Assembly (NCBI GenBank): GCA_036651815.1
Contig: JAVVXB010000005.1
Coordinates: 2,107 to 66,106 of the forward strand
From: Clostridia bacterium
Lineage (GTDB): Bacteria; Bacillota; Clostridia; Christensenellales; CAG-138
DNA: 64,000 bases
Reading direction: 5' to 3'
How positions within the stretch are numbered: the first letter of the stretch is position 1; each line of letters opens with the position of its first letter. A program made the position numbers and the translations under genes. The notes beneath the pieces were generated by a model. That model saw only the letters and a list, made by a program, of their open reading frames with translations, did no database searches and was not told where the DNA came from. Positions 53,727-63,731 of this stretch are shown one piece after another.

Positions 53727-53902
53727 TTTATATTCCTTCCGGGCTATGCCCATTTGATATCATCACATCGGCATCCGGTGCGTACTGCCGATATCAATCC
53801 AATATATCCGTGATCGTCGGGATCGCAATCAGTTTCAGGGCTGTCTGAAAGCCCGATATGTCCCGAGCGTAAACTCGAAACCCGATCCCTTCTCATTTTC
53901 GT

Positions 53903-55228
53903 TTAGCGATAGTCCTCTACGCCCCGGTTGCTCACACGTGCAAGAATGAGTTTTTCGGGCGCAGGTTTTTCCGTGCCATAATGATATGCGGTTTTCATCA
54001 GCAAGGCACCTTCATCAAGCTTCTTTTCATCGGAAGCAAACACGGTTGCCACCTTATCGCCTTTGTGAACATAGTCGCCACGCTTCTTCTCCAGAATGAT
54101 GCCCGCCGAATAATCGACTTCGCTATCCTTGGTTTCGCGGCCCGCTCCTAACACAACCGACGAAATACCGCATTGTTCCGTATTCATGCGCGTAATATAT
54201 CCCGTTTCCGTGGCAAAAACATCCTTGCTGTAGGGCGCGGCCGCAAATAATGACGTATCGCGGATGAAGGCAACATCCCCCTCTTGGCATTCAATCATAT
54301 CGATAAACTTCTGGAATGCGGAACCATCCTCAATGACCTGCTTTGCCATGTGCGTACATTCCTCGATACTGCCTTTTTTCGCAAGGTGCAGCATGTTTGC
54401 CGCAAGCGCCAGGCATACCTCCGTCAAGTCCTGCGGCCCGTTGCCTTTGAGTGTTTCGATGCACTCTTTGACTTCCAGAATCGTACCAATTCCGTGGCCA
54501 AGCGGCGTATCCATGTTCGTAATCAAAGCAACCACGTTACGCCCGACATGATCGCCAATGGCAATCATCTTCTCGGCAATCAAGACTGCATCGTCGAATT
54601 TCTTCATGAAAGCACCATCGCCTGTTGTCACATCCAGCACGATGTTCTCGCTGCCGCCAGCAATTTTCTTGCTCATAATGGAGGCAGCAATCAATGGAGG
54701 ACTGTCCACCGTTCCGGTGACATCCCGCAACGCATAGATTTTCTTATCTGCTTTTGCAATTGTGCCCGACTGGTTGATGACGCTCAACCCAACACGGTTT
54801 ACGTTGGCGCAAAACTCTTCTTTTGTATAATCGGTTCTTACGCCCGGGATGGCCTCCAGCTTATCGCCGGTCCCCATGGTGAATCCAAGGCCGCGCCCAG
54901 TCATCTTCGCAACCTTTACCCCGCATGCAGCGACAATCGGCGCAAGAATGAGTGTGGTCTTGTCCCCAACGCCACCGGTGCTGTGCTTATCCACCCGTAC
55001 GCCGTCGATTGCGGACAGATCCACCATATCGCCGGAATGCGCCATTACATTCGTCAGATCCGATAGCTCACGGTCGTTCATTCCTTGAAAATAGATCGCC
55101 ATAAGCATCGCCGACATTTGGTAATCCGGGGTTTTTCCCGCAACGTATTCATCGATCATGTAGGTGATCTCTTCAATATTTAATTCATTGCCATTCCGTT
55201 TTTTGATGATCAAATCGCACATTCTCAT
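53903..55228 (-). CDS. pdp: Pyrimidine-nucleoside (thymidine) phosphorylase
   Basis: Start chosen at ATG 55228 (MRMCDLIIKKRNG). DKHSTGGVGDKTTL motif. Confidence 0.9.
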   Translation of the reverse strand: MRMCDLIIKKRNGNELNIEEITYMIDEYVAGKTPDYQMSAMLMAIYFQGMNDRELSDLTNVMAHSGDMVDLSAIDGVRVDKHSTGGVGDKTTLILAPIVAACGVKVAKMTGRGLGFTMGTGDKLEAIPGVRTDYTKEEFCANVNRVGLSVINQSGTIAKADKKIYALRDVTGTVDSPPLIAASIMSKKIAGGSENIVLDVTTGDGAFMKKFDDAVLIAEKMIAIGDHVGRNVVALITNMDTPLGHGIGTILEVKECIETLKGNGPQDLTEVCLALAANMLHLAKKGSIEECTHMAKQVIEDGSAFQKFIDMIECQEGDVAFIRDTSLFAAAPYSKDVFATETGYITRMNTEQCGISSVVLGAGRETKDSEVDYSAGIILEKKRGDYVHKGDKVATVFASDEKKLDEGALLMKTAYHYGTEKPAPEKLILARVSNRGVEDYR

Positions 55229-55245
55229 TTTCGCAATCCTCCTGT

Positions 55246-55644
55246 TTACTTTGCTTTCCAAATTAAAGGAAATATCTCCGCCAAGGTATATGAGAACAGG
55301 TTATCGGGACGGTTCCCCAAAATAATGCGGAACGTATCCTTGTCACAGAATTCTGCCATGACCTGCCGACATACACCGCAGGGCGGGCACTGCTCCTGCC
55401 ATTCTTCCCATCCGCCAACAATCGCGATTTTTTCAAAATCACGAACGCCTTCGCTAATTGCTTTGAAAAAAGCCGTGCGTTCTGCACAGACGGTTGGCGT
55501 ATGCGCAGGGTTTTCGATGTTACAGCCGCAGAATACCTGTCCGTTTTTTGCCAGCAGCGCAGCGCCGACATGATAGTTTGAATAAGGCGCATAGGCATAT
55601 GCCGCGCTGTCAATCGCCATCAAAAGGAGTTCGCCGTCCGTCAT
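55246..55644 (-). CDS. cdd: Cytidine deaminase
   Basis: Start chosen at ATG 55644. CAERTAF and PCGVCRQVMAEF zinc motifs. 133 aa. Confidence 0.9.
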   Translation of the reverse strand: MTDGELLLMAIDSAAYAYAPYSNYHVGAALLAKNGQVFCGCNIENPAHTPTVCAERTAFFKAISEGVRDFEKIAIVGGWEEWQEQCPPCGVCRQVMAEFCDKDTFRIILGNRPDNLFSYTLAEIFPLIWKAK

Positions 55645-55664
55645 ATTGATTCCCTCGCGTTCAC

Positions 55665-56321
55665 TTATGCGTTCTCGCTCTTTTGGATCTTCACCAGTCT
55701 GCTGGTGCCTAAGCGCGATGCACCTAGTGAAAGATACGTCTCGGCGTCCGCAAAGGATTGAATTCCGCCAGATGCTTTGATTTTCGTCGGCGCCTTTATC
55801 GTTTGTCCCATAATGCCAACCACATGAGGATTTGCGCCACCGGTGGAGCAGCCGGTCGAGGTTTTGATATAATCTGCATGCGCACGCATCACCACTTGGC
55901 ACATTTCAACGATTTCCTCGTCTGTCAAAAGGCATGTTTCGATGATTACCTTCAGTATTTTTTGACCGCAAGCTTCTTTTAACAAGCAGATTTCCTGCTC
56001 GATCTTATCGTATTCACCTGCTTTTAGATCACCCAAATTGATGACCATATCGATTTCATCCGCGCCATTTTGCAAGGCATCCTTGGTTTCAAACAGTTTC
56101 GTAGCGGTGGTCGCATAGCCTTGTGGAAATCCGATGACTGTGCAAATCTTCATCTTGTTTCCTGCAAATTCCTTTGCACGTTTCACAAAAGAGGGTGGAA
56201 TGCAGATGGATGCCGTCTTATACTGAATCGCTTCCTCGCAAAGCTGTTGGATCTCTTTCCATACTGCGGTTTGCGAAAGCAACGTATGGTCAACATGTTC
56301 TAAAATTTTGTTCTTTTCCAT
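55665..56321 (-). CDS. deoC: Deoxyribose-phosphate aldolase
   Basis: Start chosen at ATG 56321 (GGAGGA RBS). LKVIIET and YIKTSTG (Schiff-base Lys context). Confidence 0.9.
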   Translation of the reverse strand: MEKNKILEHVDHTLLSQTAVWKEIQQLCEEAIQYKTASICIPPSFVKRAKEFAGNKMKICTVIGFPQGYATTATKLFETKDALQNGADEIDMVINLGDLKAGEYDKIEQEICLLKEACGQKILKVIIETCLLTDEEIVEMCQVVMRAHADYIKTSTGCSTGGANPHVVGIMGQTIKAPTKIKASGGIQSFADAETYLSLGASRLGTSRLVKIQKSENA

Positions 56322-56334
56322 GGTTTCCTCCAAA

Positions 56335-57522
56335 TTAATCATTGATAATCTGCTTTAAAAAAGCAGTTCCATCCAATCTATCCTGAATCCCAAAGTAGGA
56401 TAAAACGGTTGCGCCTAAGTCTGCAAAGGTCTGCCTTGTCCCAAGGTTGATATTGGAACGGGCATGCTTTCCGTATACGATAACAGGCACGTATTCTCTG
56501 CAATGATCAGAGCCTGGCATCTTCGGATCGCAGCCATGATCCGCCGTCAAAATTAACAGGTCATCGTCCTGCAATCCCGCAAGCAGTTGTGGAAGCTTCG
56601 TGTCAAAATACGAGAGCGCCTCAGCGAATCCATCCACATTTCTGCGATGCCCATAATTCATATCGAAATCCACGAGGTTTGTGAAGCATAGACCGTGAAA
56701 CGATTCCTTGCTCAGTTCAATGGTTTTCTCAATTCCGTCCGCATTGTTGCATGTTGGTATGGATCTATGCAACCCGCGGCCCGAAAAAATATCATGGATT
56801 TTCCCAACGCCAATGGTCTCGATCCCATGCTGCATCAAACAATCCAGCATGGTATCCTTGGGCGCTGGAATGGTAAAATCATGCCGGTTTGACGTTCGTA
56901 CATAGTTCGGCCATTCCCCTAAAAACGGACGCGCGATCACCCGCCCCACCAGGTATTCACCAACGCACAATGCACGGGCAATGCGACAACTCGCATACAG
57001 TTCTTCCAATGGAACGATTTCCTCGTGTGCAGCAATCTGAAATACGCTATCAGCAGCGGTGTATACAATCAGCTTTCCTGATTGTTGATGCTCCCGCCCG
57101 TATTTTTGAATCACTTCCGTACCGGATATGTGTTCGTTGGACAGGATTCCGCGTCCGGTCTGTCTCTTAAATTCCGAGAGCAACGCATCCGGGAACCCTG
57201 GCTCAAAGGTCGGAAATGGCTTTGTTGTAATGTGTCCCGCCAATTCCCAGTGTCCGACCGTAGAATCCTTGCCGCATGACATTTCCGCCATGCGGCACAC
57301 CACGCCACGGTAGGAATCCGTCGTATTCAACCAGGTGTTTTTTGAGCAAGCCTCTGAGCCATCGATGTGAAATAATCCGAGTTTGGCCAAATTGGGCGTA
57401 TAAAACTTGCTGCTGGATGAAACGGAACGTAACGTATTACTACCGACGTCGGAATATTTGCTTGCATCTGGCAAAGCGCCAATCCCGCATCCGTCGAGGA
57501 CGATGAGAAATATTCTGCTCAT
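56335..57522 (-). CDS. deoB: Phosphopentomutase
   Basis: Start chosen at ATG 57522 (MSRIFLIVLDGCGIGALPDA). TADHGCDP motif. The upstream 146 codons of the track ORF overlap the permease gene and are not used. Confidence 0.9.
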   Translation of the reverse strand: MSRIFLIVLDGCGIGALPDASKYSDVGSNTLRSVSSSSKFYTPNLAKLGLFHIDGSEACSKNTWLNTTDSYRGVVCRMAEMSCGKDSTVGHWELAGHITTKPFPTFEPGFPDALLSEFKRQTGRGILSNEHISGTEVIQKYGREHQQSGKLIVYTAADSVFQIAAHEEIVPLEELYASCRIARALCVGEYLVGRVIARPFLGEWPNYVRTSNRHDFTIPAPKDTMLDCLMQHGIETIGVGKIHDIFSGRGLHRSIPTCNNADGIEKTIELSKESFHGLCFTNLVDFDMNYGHRRNVDGFAEALSYFDTKLPQLLAGLQDDDLLILTADHGCDPKMPGSDHCREYVPVIVYGKHARSNINLGTRQTFADLGATVLSYFGIQDRLDGTAFLKQIIND

Positions 57523-57551
57523 TGTATTGAAACCGCCTCTTGTTTGATCTC

Positions 57552-58499
57552 TCAGCTTTTTCGATAATCGAAATATTTTCCTTCCGCACGCGGCGCTCGA
57601 GAGGATTTTGAGAACAGCACCAGCGTAATCAACGTGACCACATATGGAAACAGCTTCAGCGTTAGCGGCGGCATCATTGCCAGCGAAGGAATCAGCTGTG
57701 ACACCTGCGCCAAAGTAAGCGCGAAGCCAAAGAAAAGCGTGGAAAGCAATATGCCTCCGGTTCTCCATTGACCAAAAATCAGCGCGGCTATCGCCAGAAA
57801 TCCAAGTCCCGCAACAGAGCCGTTGCACTGTCCGGCAACAGTGAGCGTATAGACACCGCCGCCCATTCCGGCGCAAATCCCGGAGAGCAATACGCCCGTG
57901 TACCGCATCTTTGCCACGTTCACGCCACCAGCCTCCGCTGCTTCCGGGTACTCGCCGCAAGCGCGCAGACGCAACCCGAACGGTGTCTTGGCAATCACAT
58001 AGGCGCTGATCCCCAACACCGCAATAATCAGCCAGGTGGTGGGATAGGTATCCCGGAAAAACAGCTCGCCAATGAATGGAATATCCTCCAGTAGGGGAAT
58101 GTCCACACGCGTCATGCTGTTGATGACCAGATTGCTCGTACCGATGAATTTTCGGGAGGTATAAACAACGAGCGCAGTAGCCAACAAGTTGATTGCAATT
58201 CCGCTAATGGTCTGATCCGCATTCAGCGTGATGCTTGCAAACGCATGCAGCAGCGAAAAAATCGCCCCGGCACCCATTGCCAGTAAAACGCCAAGCCATG
58301 CAGCGGGTATATAGCCGATACTCGGCGCCAAAAAGCGCACGGTTAAGCAAGCAAGATACGAACCAATCACCATAAGGCCTTCAAGACCAATATTGATGAT
58401 TCCGCTTCTTTCGGAATAGAGTCCCCCCAGCGCGGTAATAAGCAGTGGCATGGCGTAACCCACGGCGTAGGGAGCGATCTGTACAATAGACTGCCACAT
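57552..58499 (-). CDS. Nucleoside (BMP-type) ABC transporter permease
   Basis: 315 aa. LITALGGLYSERSGIINIGLEG is typical of the RnsD/NupQ/YufQ family. Confidence 0.85.
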   Translation of the reverse strand: MWQSIVQIAPYAVGYAMPLLITALGGLYSERSGIINIGLEGLMVIGSYLACLTVRFLAPSIGYIPAAWLGVLLAMGAGAIFSLLHAFASITLNADQTISGIAINLLATALVVYTSRKFIGTSNLVINSMTRVDIPLLEDIPFIGELFFRDTYPTTWLIIAVLGISAYVIAKTPFGLRLRACGEYPEAAEAGGVNVAKMRYTGVLLSGICAGMGGGVYTLTVAGQCNGSVAGLGFLAIAALIFGQWRTGGILLSTLFFGFALTLAQVSQLIPSLAMMPPLTLKLFPYVVTLITLVLFSKSSRAPRAEGKYFDYRKS

Positions 58500-58502
58500 C
58501 GA

Positions 58503-59606
58503 TTACTTTCCCACCTTTCTTGTTCTCCTGCGCTGCCACCATTTCCGGATCCGTTCAAAGTTGGTCTGGATCAATTTGCTGGTTGCAGAGAAATAGATAA
58601 TAATTGCAATGATCGCATCCGCAATCTCTGGTGGAATGCCAGCCATCGAATTCATAAACCCTTTCCCCGTATGCAAAACGCTTAAAAACAGCGCGGCAAA
58701 TATGGTACCGATCGGCGAATTCCCCGCCAAGATGGCAACCGCAATTCCATCAAACCCTTGGCTGGGCAATACGCCAATCTGCATGTTTGTGTTATAACCA
58801 GCATAGCATGCAGCACCGGCAAGACCGGCCAGTAGCCCTGAAATCGTCATTGATTTGATGACATTGCCTTCCACGTTGATTCCGTTGCACTCCGCAGCAT
58901 ATTTATTGAATCCAACTGCCTTCATTTCGTATCCAAGTATGGTTTTTTCTAAAATGAAAAGTATCGCTACCGCTGCAAGTATCGCAATCAGTATGCCAAG
59001 GTTCAGTTGTGAACCACCGGTTGCTTTTGTCAGTGCTTCAACCTTTAGGTTTGCTGCAGCCGGAAATGACACTGACTGGGAATCGATGGTCGCGGATTTA
59101 AAATGATCGAAAACGGTGTTGTAGACAATCCAGTATGCACACCAGTTGAGCATGATACAGGATACCACTTCGTTGACATTGAACTTCGCCTTCAAAATAC
59201 CCGAAATAAAACCCCATGTTGCGCCACCGAGCATGGACGACATCAATACAATAGGAAGAAGGATCGCTTTGGACATACCGGTAGGTGCCAGCCAGTTGCC
59301 CACCGCAAGAGCCGCCAACCCGCCCATCAGCATTTGTCCAGACGCGCCAATGTTGAAAAGGCCGGTTCGGAACGAAAGTACCAACGACAGCCCTGTTAGG
59401 ATCAGCGGTGCAGAATAGGCGATGGTATTGGCAATGCGGGAAACGCTCATCAGTCCGCCCTTGAACAGGAATCCATAGCCTTTGATCGGATCCATGCCAC
59501 TCACCAGCATCAATATGCTGCCGGCAATCAATCCCATCAGGATCGCAACGAGGGAAGCAATCAGCGCACCATTTGAACCGCTGCGATTGCTACGTTTAGT
59601 TTCCAT
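58503..59606 (-). CDS. Nucleoside (BMP-type) ABC transporter permease
   Basis: Start chosen at ATG 59606 (GGGGGTG RBS). FRTGLFNIGASGQMLMG is typical of the RnsC/NupP/YufP family. Confidence 0.85.
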   Translation of the reverse strand: METKRSNRSGSNGALIASLVAILMGLIAGSILMLVSGMDPIKGYGFLFKGGLMSVSRIANTIAYSAPLILTGLSLVLSFRTGLFNIGASGQMLMGGLAALAVGNWLAPTGMSKAILLPIVLMSSMLGGATWGFISGILKAKFNVNEVVSCIMLNWCAYWIVYNTVFDHFKSATIDSQSVSFPAAANLKVEALTKATGGSQLNLGILIAILAAVAILFILEKTILGYEMKAVGFNKYAAECNGINVEGNVIKSMTISGLLAGLAGAACYAGYNTNMQIGVLPSQGFDGIAVAILAGNSPIGTIFAALFLSVLHTGKGFMNSMAGIPPEIADAIIAIIIYFSATSKLIQTNFERIRKWWQRRRTRKVGK

Positions 59607-61146
59607 TGGGATCACCCCCCTTTCTGATACCCGCCATCAGCAAGCCTACTTCGTTTTCATCCGTCTTTTTCGCTTCCAATTCGCCCATGCTTTCGCCGGA
59701 ATATAAAACGATAATCCGATCCGACAGCTGTAATACTTCATCCAGTTCCAAGGAAACCAGCAGCACCGCCTTGTTGTTGTCGCGTAGCGCAACGATCCGC
59801 TTATGAACGTATTCAATCGAGCCTACGTCCAAGCCGCGCGTCGGCTGTACCGCAATGATCAAATCCGAACCCTTCTCAATTTCTCTGCCAATGATCACCT
59901 TCTGCTGATTGCCACCGGAAAGGCTCTGCGCCGTCGACTGCTCGCCATTGCTTGTGCGCACATCGTAATGAGCGATGATTTCCTGTGCATGTGCCGTAAT
60001 CGCGTTTTTATCCAGCAGTCCCCGCTTAGAAAACGGTCGCTTTCTCTGTACGCCCAAAATCGCGTTGTCATGGATCGGAAACTCCAACACCAGCCCACGC
60101 TTTTGGCGATCCTCCGGAATATGTGACAAGCCTTTATCAATTCTTTCTGAAATCCGCATATTCAGAACCGATGTCCCGTTGAGCATAATCTCGCCGCCCT
60201 CGACCTTTGTCAACCCCGTGATGGCGTCAACCAATTCTGCCTGCCCGTTTCCGTCCACACCTGCAATTCCAACGATTTCGCCCCTGTGAACCGTCACGGA
60301 AAAGTTCTTAAGTCCCATATGCCCACGCGCATTTTTCACATTGAGCGCCTTCACGGACAGCACCGGCTCGCCCGGTTCTTTTTCTGCTTTGCTTACCACC
60401 AAGGAAACATCGTGGCCAACCATCATCTTGGCCATTTCTTCCTCGGTTGTATCCTGCACATCGACGGTTCCAATGACTTTCCCCAATCGAATTATTGTGC
60501 AAACATCCGCGATCTGCTTAATTTCTTTCAGTTTATGCGTGATCAGAAAGATAGACTTTCCCTCCGCAATCAGACTGCGCATGATCTTTATCAACTCTTG
60601 GATCTCCATTGGTGTCAGCACCGAGGTTGGTTCATCAAAGATCAATATTTCAGCGTTACGATATAACATCTTGATGATCTCTACCCTCTGTTGCATACCA
60701 ACAGAAATGTTCTCGATCTTTGCATTTGGATCGACATCCAATCCATACTTTTCAGAAAGCTGCCGGATTTTTTCAGTCGCCTTTTTGATATCAAGGGAAA
60801 TGCCCCGTGTCGGTTCAAGTCCAAGTATGATGTTTTCGGTAACGGTAAACGTTGGTACCAGTTTAAAGTGCTGATGCACCATGCCAATTCCAAGCTCTGT
60901 TGCAACATTTGGGTTCGTGATCTCGACTTGCTTGCCGCGCACAATGATTCTGCCTGAGTCAGCGCGATAAATGCCAAATAACACGCTCATCAATGTGGAT
61001 TTCCCTGCTCCGTTTTCACCGAGTAGTGCATGGATTTCACCATGCCTTAACCCTATGGAAATCTCGTCGTTCGCCCTCTTGTCGGAAAACGTCTTGACAA
61101 TGTCATGCATCTCAACGACATATTCTTTCGTATTTTCCTGCCTCAT
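59596..61146 (-). CDS. Nucleoside ABC transporter ATP-binding protein (duplicated ATPase)
   Basis: Two ABC cassettes: GENGAGKST / VGMQQRVEI / LIFDEPT, and the second GVDGNGQ / LSGGNQQK. The start is ATG 61146 or GTG 61167. Confidence 0.9.
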   Translation of the reverse strand: MRQENTKEYVVEMHDIVKTFSDKRANDEISIGLRHGEIHALLGENGAGKSTLMSVLFGIYRADSGRIIVRGKQVEITNPNVATELGIGMVHQHFKLVPTFTVTENIILGLEPTRGISLDIKKATEKIRQLSEKYGLDVDPNAKIENISVGMQQRVEIIKMLYRNAEILIFDEPTSVLTPMEIQELIKIMRSLIAEGKSIFLITHKLKEIKQIADVCTIIRLGKVIGTVDVQDTTEEEMAKMMVGHDVSLVVSKAEKEPGEPVLSVKALNVKNARGHMGLKNFSVTVHRGEIVGIAGVDGNGQAELVDAITGLTKVEGGEIMLNGTSVLNMRISERIDKGLSHIPEDRQKRGLVLEFPIHDNAILGVQRKRPFSKRGLLDKNAITAHAQEIIAHYDVRTSNGEQSTAQSLSGGNQQKVIIGREIEKGSDLIIAVQPTRGLDVGSIEYVHKRIVALRDNNKAVLLVSLELDEVLQLSDRIIVLYSGESMGELEAKKTDENEVGLLMAGIRKGGDPNGN

Positions 61147-61269
61147 CCGTCTAATCCTTTCGCTCACTCCCTGCTTAAAAAGCGCTGCCGGTATCTCTTG
61201 CGCGTCGTACCCTTTTCGATACCGGCAGCCTCCGCCTCAAGCAATTTCCAGAGGAATTCAGTCTACCGA

Positions 61270-62367
61270 TTAGCCCTCGTAGGCCCACTTGGTGTCAACG
61301 ACGATCTCGCCGCTCTTGATCTTCTCCAATGCATCTTGGGCTGCTTTTTGTGCTTCCTCACCCAGATTCGGGTTCTTTTCAGGAATGCCTACGCCGCCGT
61401 TGTTGACATCGTAGTACACCAGTTGTCCGCCCGGGAATTTATCCTCGAAGCAGGCAACGATCATATCGTAGGTGGAAACGGAGAGGTTCTTCATCGTAGA
61501 AGTCAAAACGGCTGAAGAACCATCCGACAGCAGCCCATCTGCATACTGGTCCATATCGCAGCCGGCAGCCCAAACGTCCTCGCCCTTTTCTCTACGGGCG
61601 ACCGCCTCATTGAATCCGCCCAACGTGGTGATTCCGCAAGCACAGTATACAAAGTTGCAACCCTTTTCGTACAACGCCGCCGCAACCTGCTGGCCAAGCG
61701 CTGCATCGTTGAAAGAACCGGACCAAATAACGTTGTCATAATTTGCATTGATCTTGGTTCCGTAAGTCTTGTTGGCATATTCTGCACCTTGGTACAAGCC
61801 CGTCAGGAAAAGACGCGACGGAACAATATCCAGTCCGAATAATGCGCCCCACTCACCTTCCTTGAGCTGCACGGCAACCGCAACGCCCGCAATAAAGCCG
61901 GACTGCTGTGCTGCAAAATCAATTGCCGCAGTGTTGTCGGCAATCAAGGTTTCACTGGTTTCCGCAGAAGATGGCTGGCTGTCCAGAATCACGAAGTTGC
62001 AGTCCGGATACTTGGTCTGCGCCTCAAAGATAGCGTTGGCAAACGTATAGCCTGGTGTGATGATCAGCCGATAACCGGAATCGTAGAGATTGTCAATTTC
62101 CGCAATGAAGTCCGCCGTTGTGGGGCTGTTGGCAATCATGTAAGTGTGTTCAAGCTTGTATTCTTCGCAAGCCTTTTTGACGCCTTCCCAAGTGGCCTGG
62201 TTGAACGACTTATCGTCCACGGTGGTCGCGTTGCTGATCATGCCAACCTTAAGTGTTGACTTGCCTTCGGTTTTGACGGGTTCTGTCGATGCTTTGCATC
62301 CAGCAAACGCACTTACCGCCAGTACGATTACCACAATGAGTGTCATCCATTTTTTCGCCAATTTCAT
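61270..62367 (-). CDS. BMP-family (PnrA/NupN-like) nucleoside-binding lipoprotein
   Basis: 365 aa. Lipobox AFAGC. DKSFNQATWEGV is typical of basic membrane protein family SBPs. Confidence 0.88.
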   Translation of the reverse strand: MKLAKKWMTLIVVIVLAVSAFAGCKASTEPVKTEGKSTLKVGMISNATTVDDKSFNQATWEGVKKACEEYKLEHTYMIANSPTTADFIAEIDNLYDSGYRLIITPGYTFANAIFEAQTKYPDCNFVILDSQPSSAETSETLIADNTAAIDFAAQQSGFIAGVAVAVQLKEGEWGALFGLDIVPSRLFLTGLYQGAEYANKTYGTKINANYDNVIWSGSFNDAALGQQVAAALYEKGCNFVYCACGITTLGGFNEAVARREKGEDVWAAGCDMDQYADGLLSDGSSAVLTSTMKNLSVSTYDMIVACFEDKFPGGQLVYYDVNNGGVGIPEKNPNLGEEAQKAAQDALEKIKSGEIVVDTKWAYEG

Positions 62368-62430
62368 GAGAGTTCCTCCTTATTAATTATGCAAAATACC
62401 ATTAAGGTAGCCTTGCCTTGGTGATTGTCC

Positions 62431-63369
62431 TTATTCGGACAACAATTGGAACAAGTATCTCTTATATGCCGCGGCATCGACAGACGAACAAATCGTTGCG
62501 TTGCTGGGCTGATGCAGTTGTCCCTGTTTATCAATCGAAAAATGTCCGTATGTCAATTCTCCACGCAATTCGATGGTGCAATATGCAGCATACACATTCT
62601 GCATAATTTCCGGATGGAGCAGCGCTATCATGATGACGCTGTCGATTACGCCGTAGAACGTATTGTTGTATTTTTTGTATTCATATGCTCTGAGACTGGC
62701 GGTGCAGCGCACACAGAAGTCGGCAATGCTGCTGCCCATGCCGGTTAGAACCGCAAGATCCTCGCGTGTGATGGAGGTCTCTCCCCGGCAGGTATCCCAC
62801 GTGACCCACAGCATCTCCATACCGGACTTTAAAACAATGTCTGCAGCCTCTGCGTCAACATAGACATTGAACTCCGCGGCTGGCGTTGCATTCCCCTGAT
62901 CCGCGCCTGCGCCACCCATGATAAATACTTTTTTAATATTCTCCGCAATTTTAGGTTCTTTTAGATATGCCATCGCCAAATTAGTAAGTGGCCCAAGCGT
63001 GACAATTTCGATTTGTCCGGGATTTTCCATTACGAGCGCGATGATTGCATCCATCGCATGTTCCTTGCGTGCCTGAATTTCCGGTGGAGGCAAATTCATC
63101 TCACTTAATCCATCACTACCATGAACAAATTCACTGGTGAACAGCTTTTCCTTCAGCAGCGGGCGTGCCATACCACGATAAACCGGCGGCGCATAGGTCC
63201 CCGCAACTTCTACAGCAATCAATGCGTTCTCAACACATCGATCCAAAGCAACATTTCCGCATACCACGGTGATTGCCTCCACGTGGATGTCCGCCACCGC
63301 ACGCAACGCTGCAATAATCGCCCATACATCGTCCGATCCGGTGTCTGTATCAATCAATAATCGTCTCAT
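62431..63369 (-). CDS. Nucleoside hydrolase (IUNH family)
   Basis: 312 aa. N-terminal DTDTGSDD aspartate cluster (DxDxxxDD). Confidence 0.9.
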   Translation of the reverse strand: MRRLLIDTDTGSDDVWAIIAALRAVADIHVEAITVVCGNVALDRCVENALIAVEVAGTYAPPVYRGMARPLLKEKLFTSEFVHGSDGLSEMNLPPPEIQARKEHAMDAIIALVMENPGQIEIVTLGPLTNLAMAYLKEPKIAENIKKVFIMGGAGADQGNATPAAEFNVYVDAEAADIVLKSGMEMLWVTWDTCRGETSITREDLAVLTGMGSSIADFCVRCTASLRAYEYKKYNNTFYGVIDSVIMIALLHPEIMQNVYAAYCTIELRGELTYGHFSIDKQGQLHQPSNATICSSVDAAAYKRYLFQLLSE

Positions 63370-63395
63370 ATAGCCGCTCCTTTGAAAAAAAGTAT

Positions 63396-63442
63396 AAAAA
63401 AAGAACCAACTTGCAACTAATAAATTAAGCCGCTAGTTGGTT
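63396..63442 (-). terminator. Terminator/attenuator hairpin in the 5' leader of the nucleoside operon
   Basis: Minus strand: AACCAACU-(23 nt)-AGUUGGUU, then C and U7, ending ~25 nt before the AAGGAG RBS. An alternative 6-bp pairing CAACUA/UAGUUG uses the left arm. Confidence 0.55.
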
Positions 63443-63476
63443 ACTCAAAATCTCTGAACCACGTCTTTACCGTACT

Positions 63477-63506
63477 ATTGTAAGCATACGCAAAAGAGAT
63501 TGTCAA
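63477..63506 (-). promoter_or_regulatory. Sigma-A-type promoter of the nucleoside operon
   Basis: Minus strand: TTGACA (63506-63501), 18-nt spacer, TACAAT (63482-63477). The predicted leader is ~100 nt. Confidence 0.65.
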
Positions 63507-63731
63507 GCATTATTTATCGTAAAACAGTCTCCTGGCGTGTTCCAATATATTCCAGCGTTCGAGTCATCATGCCGCGGCAGAACGCAAATCCGCCCTGTTT
63601 TAGGCATGAACCGGCATCAACCACGCCTTAAAAATGGTTTTTGATGAAAGTTGAGTCACCCTAAGCGGTGACTGCGCAGCACCGATCCCGAACAACATCT
63701 TCTGTTACACGTCTCAATCGGTTGCATCTAT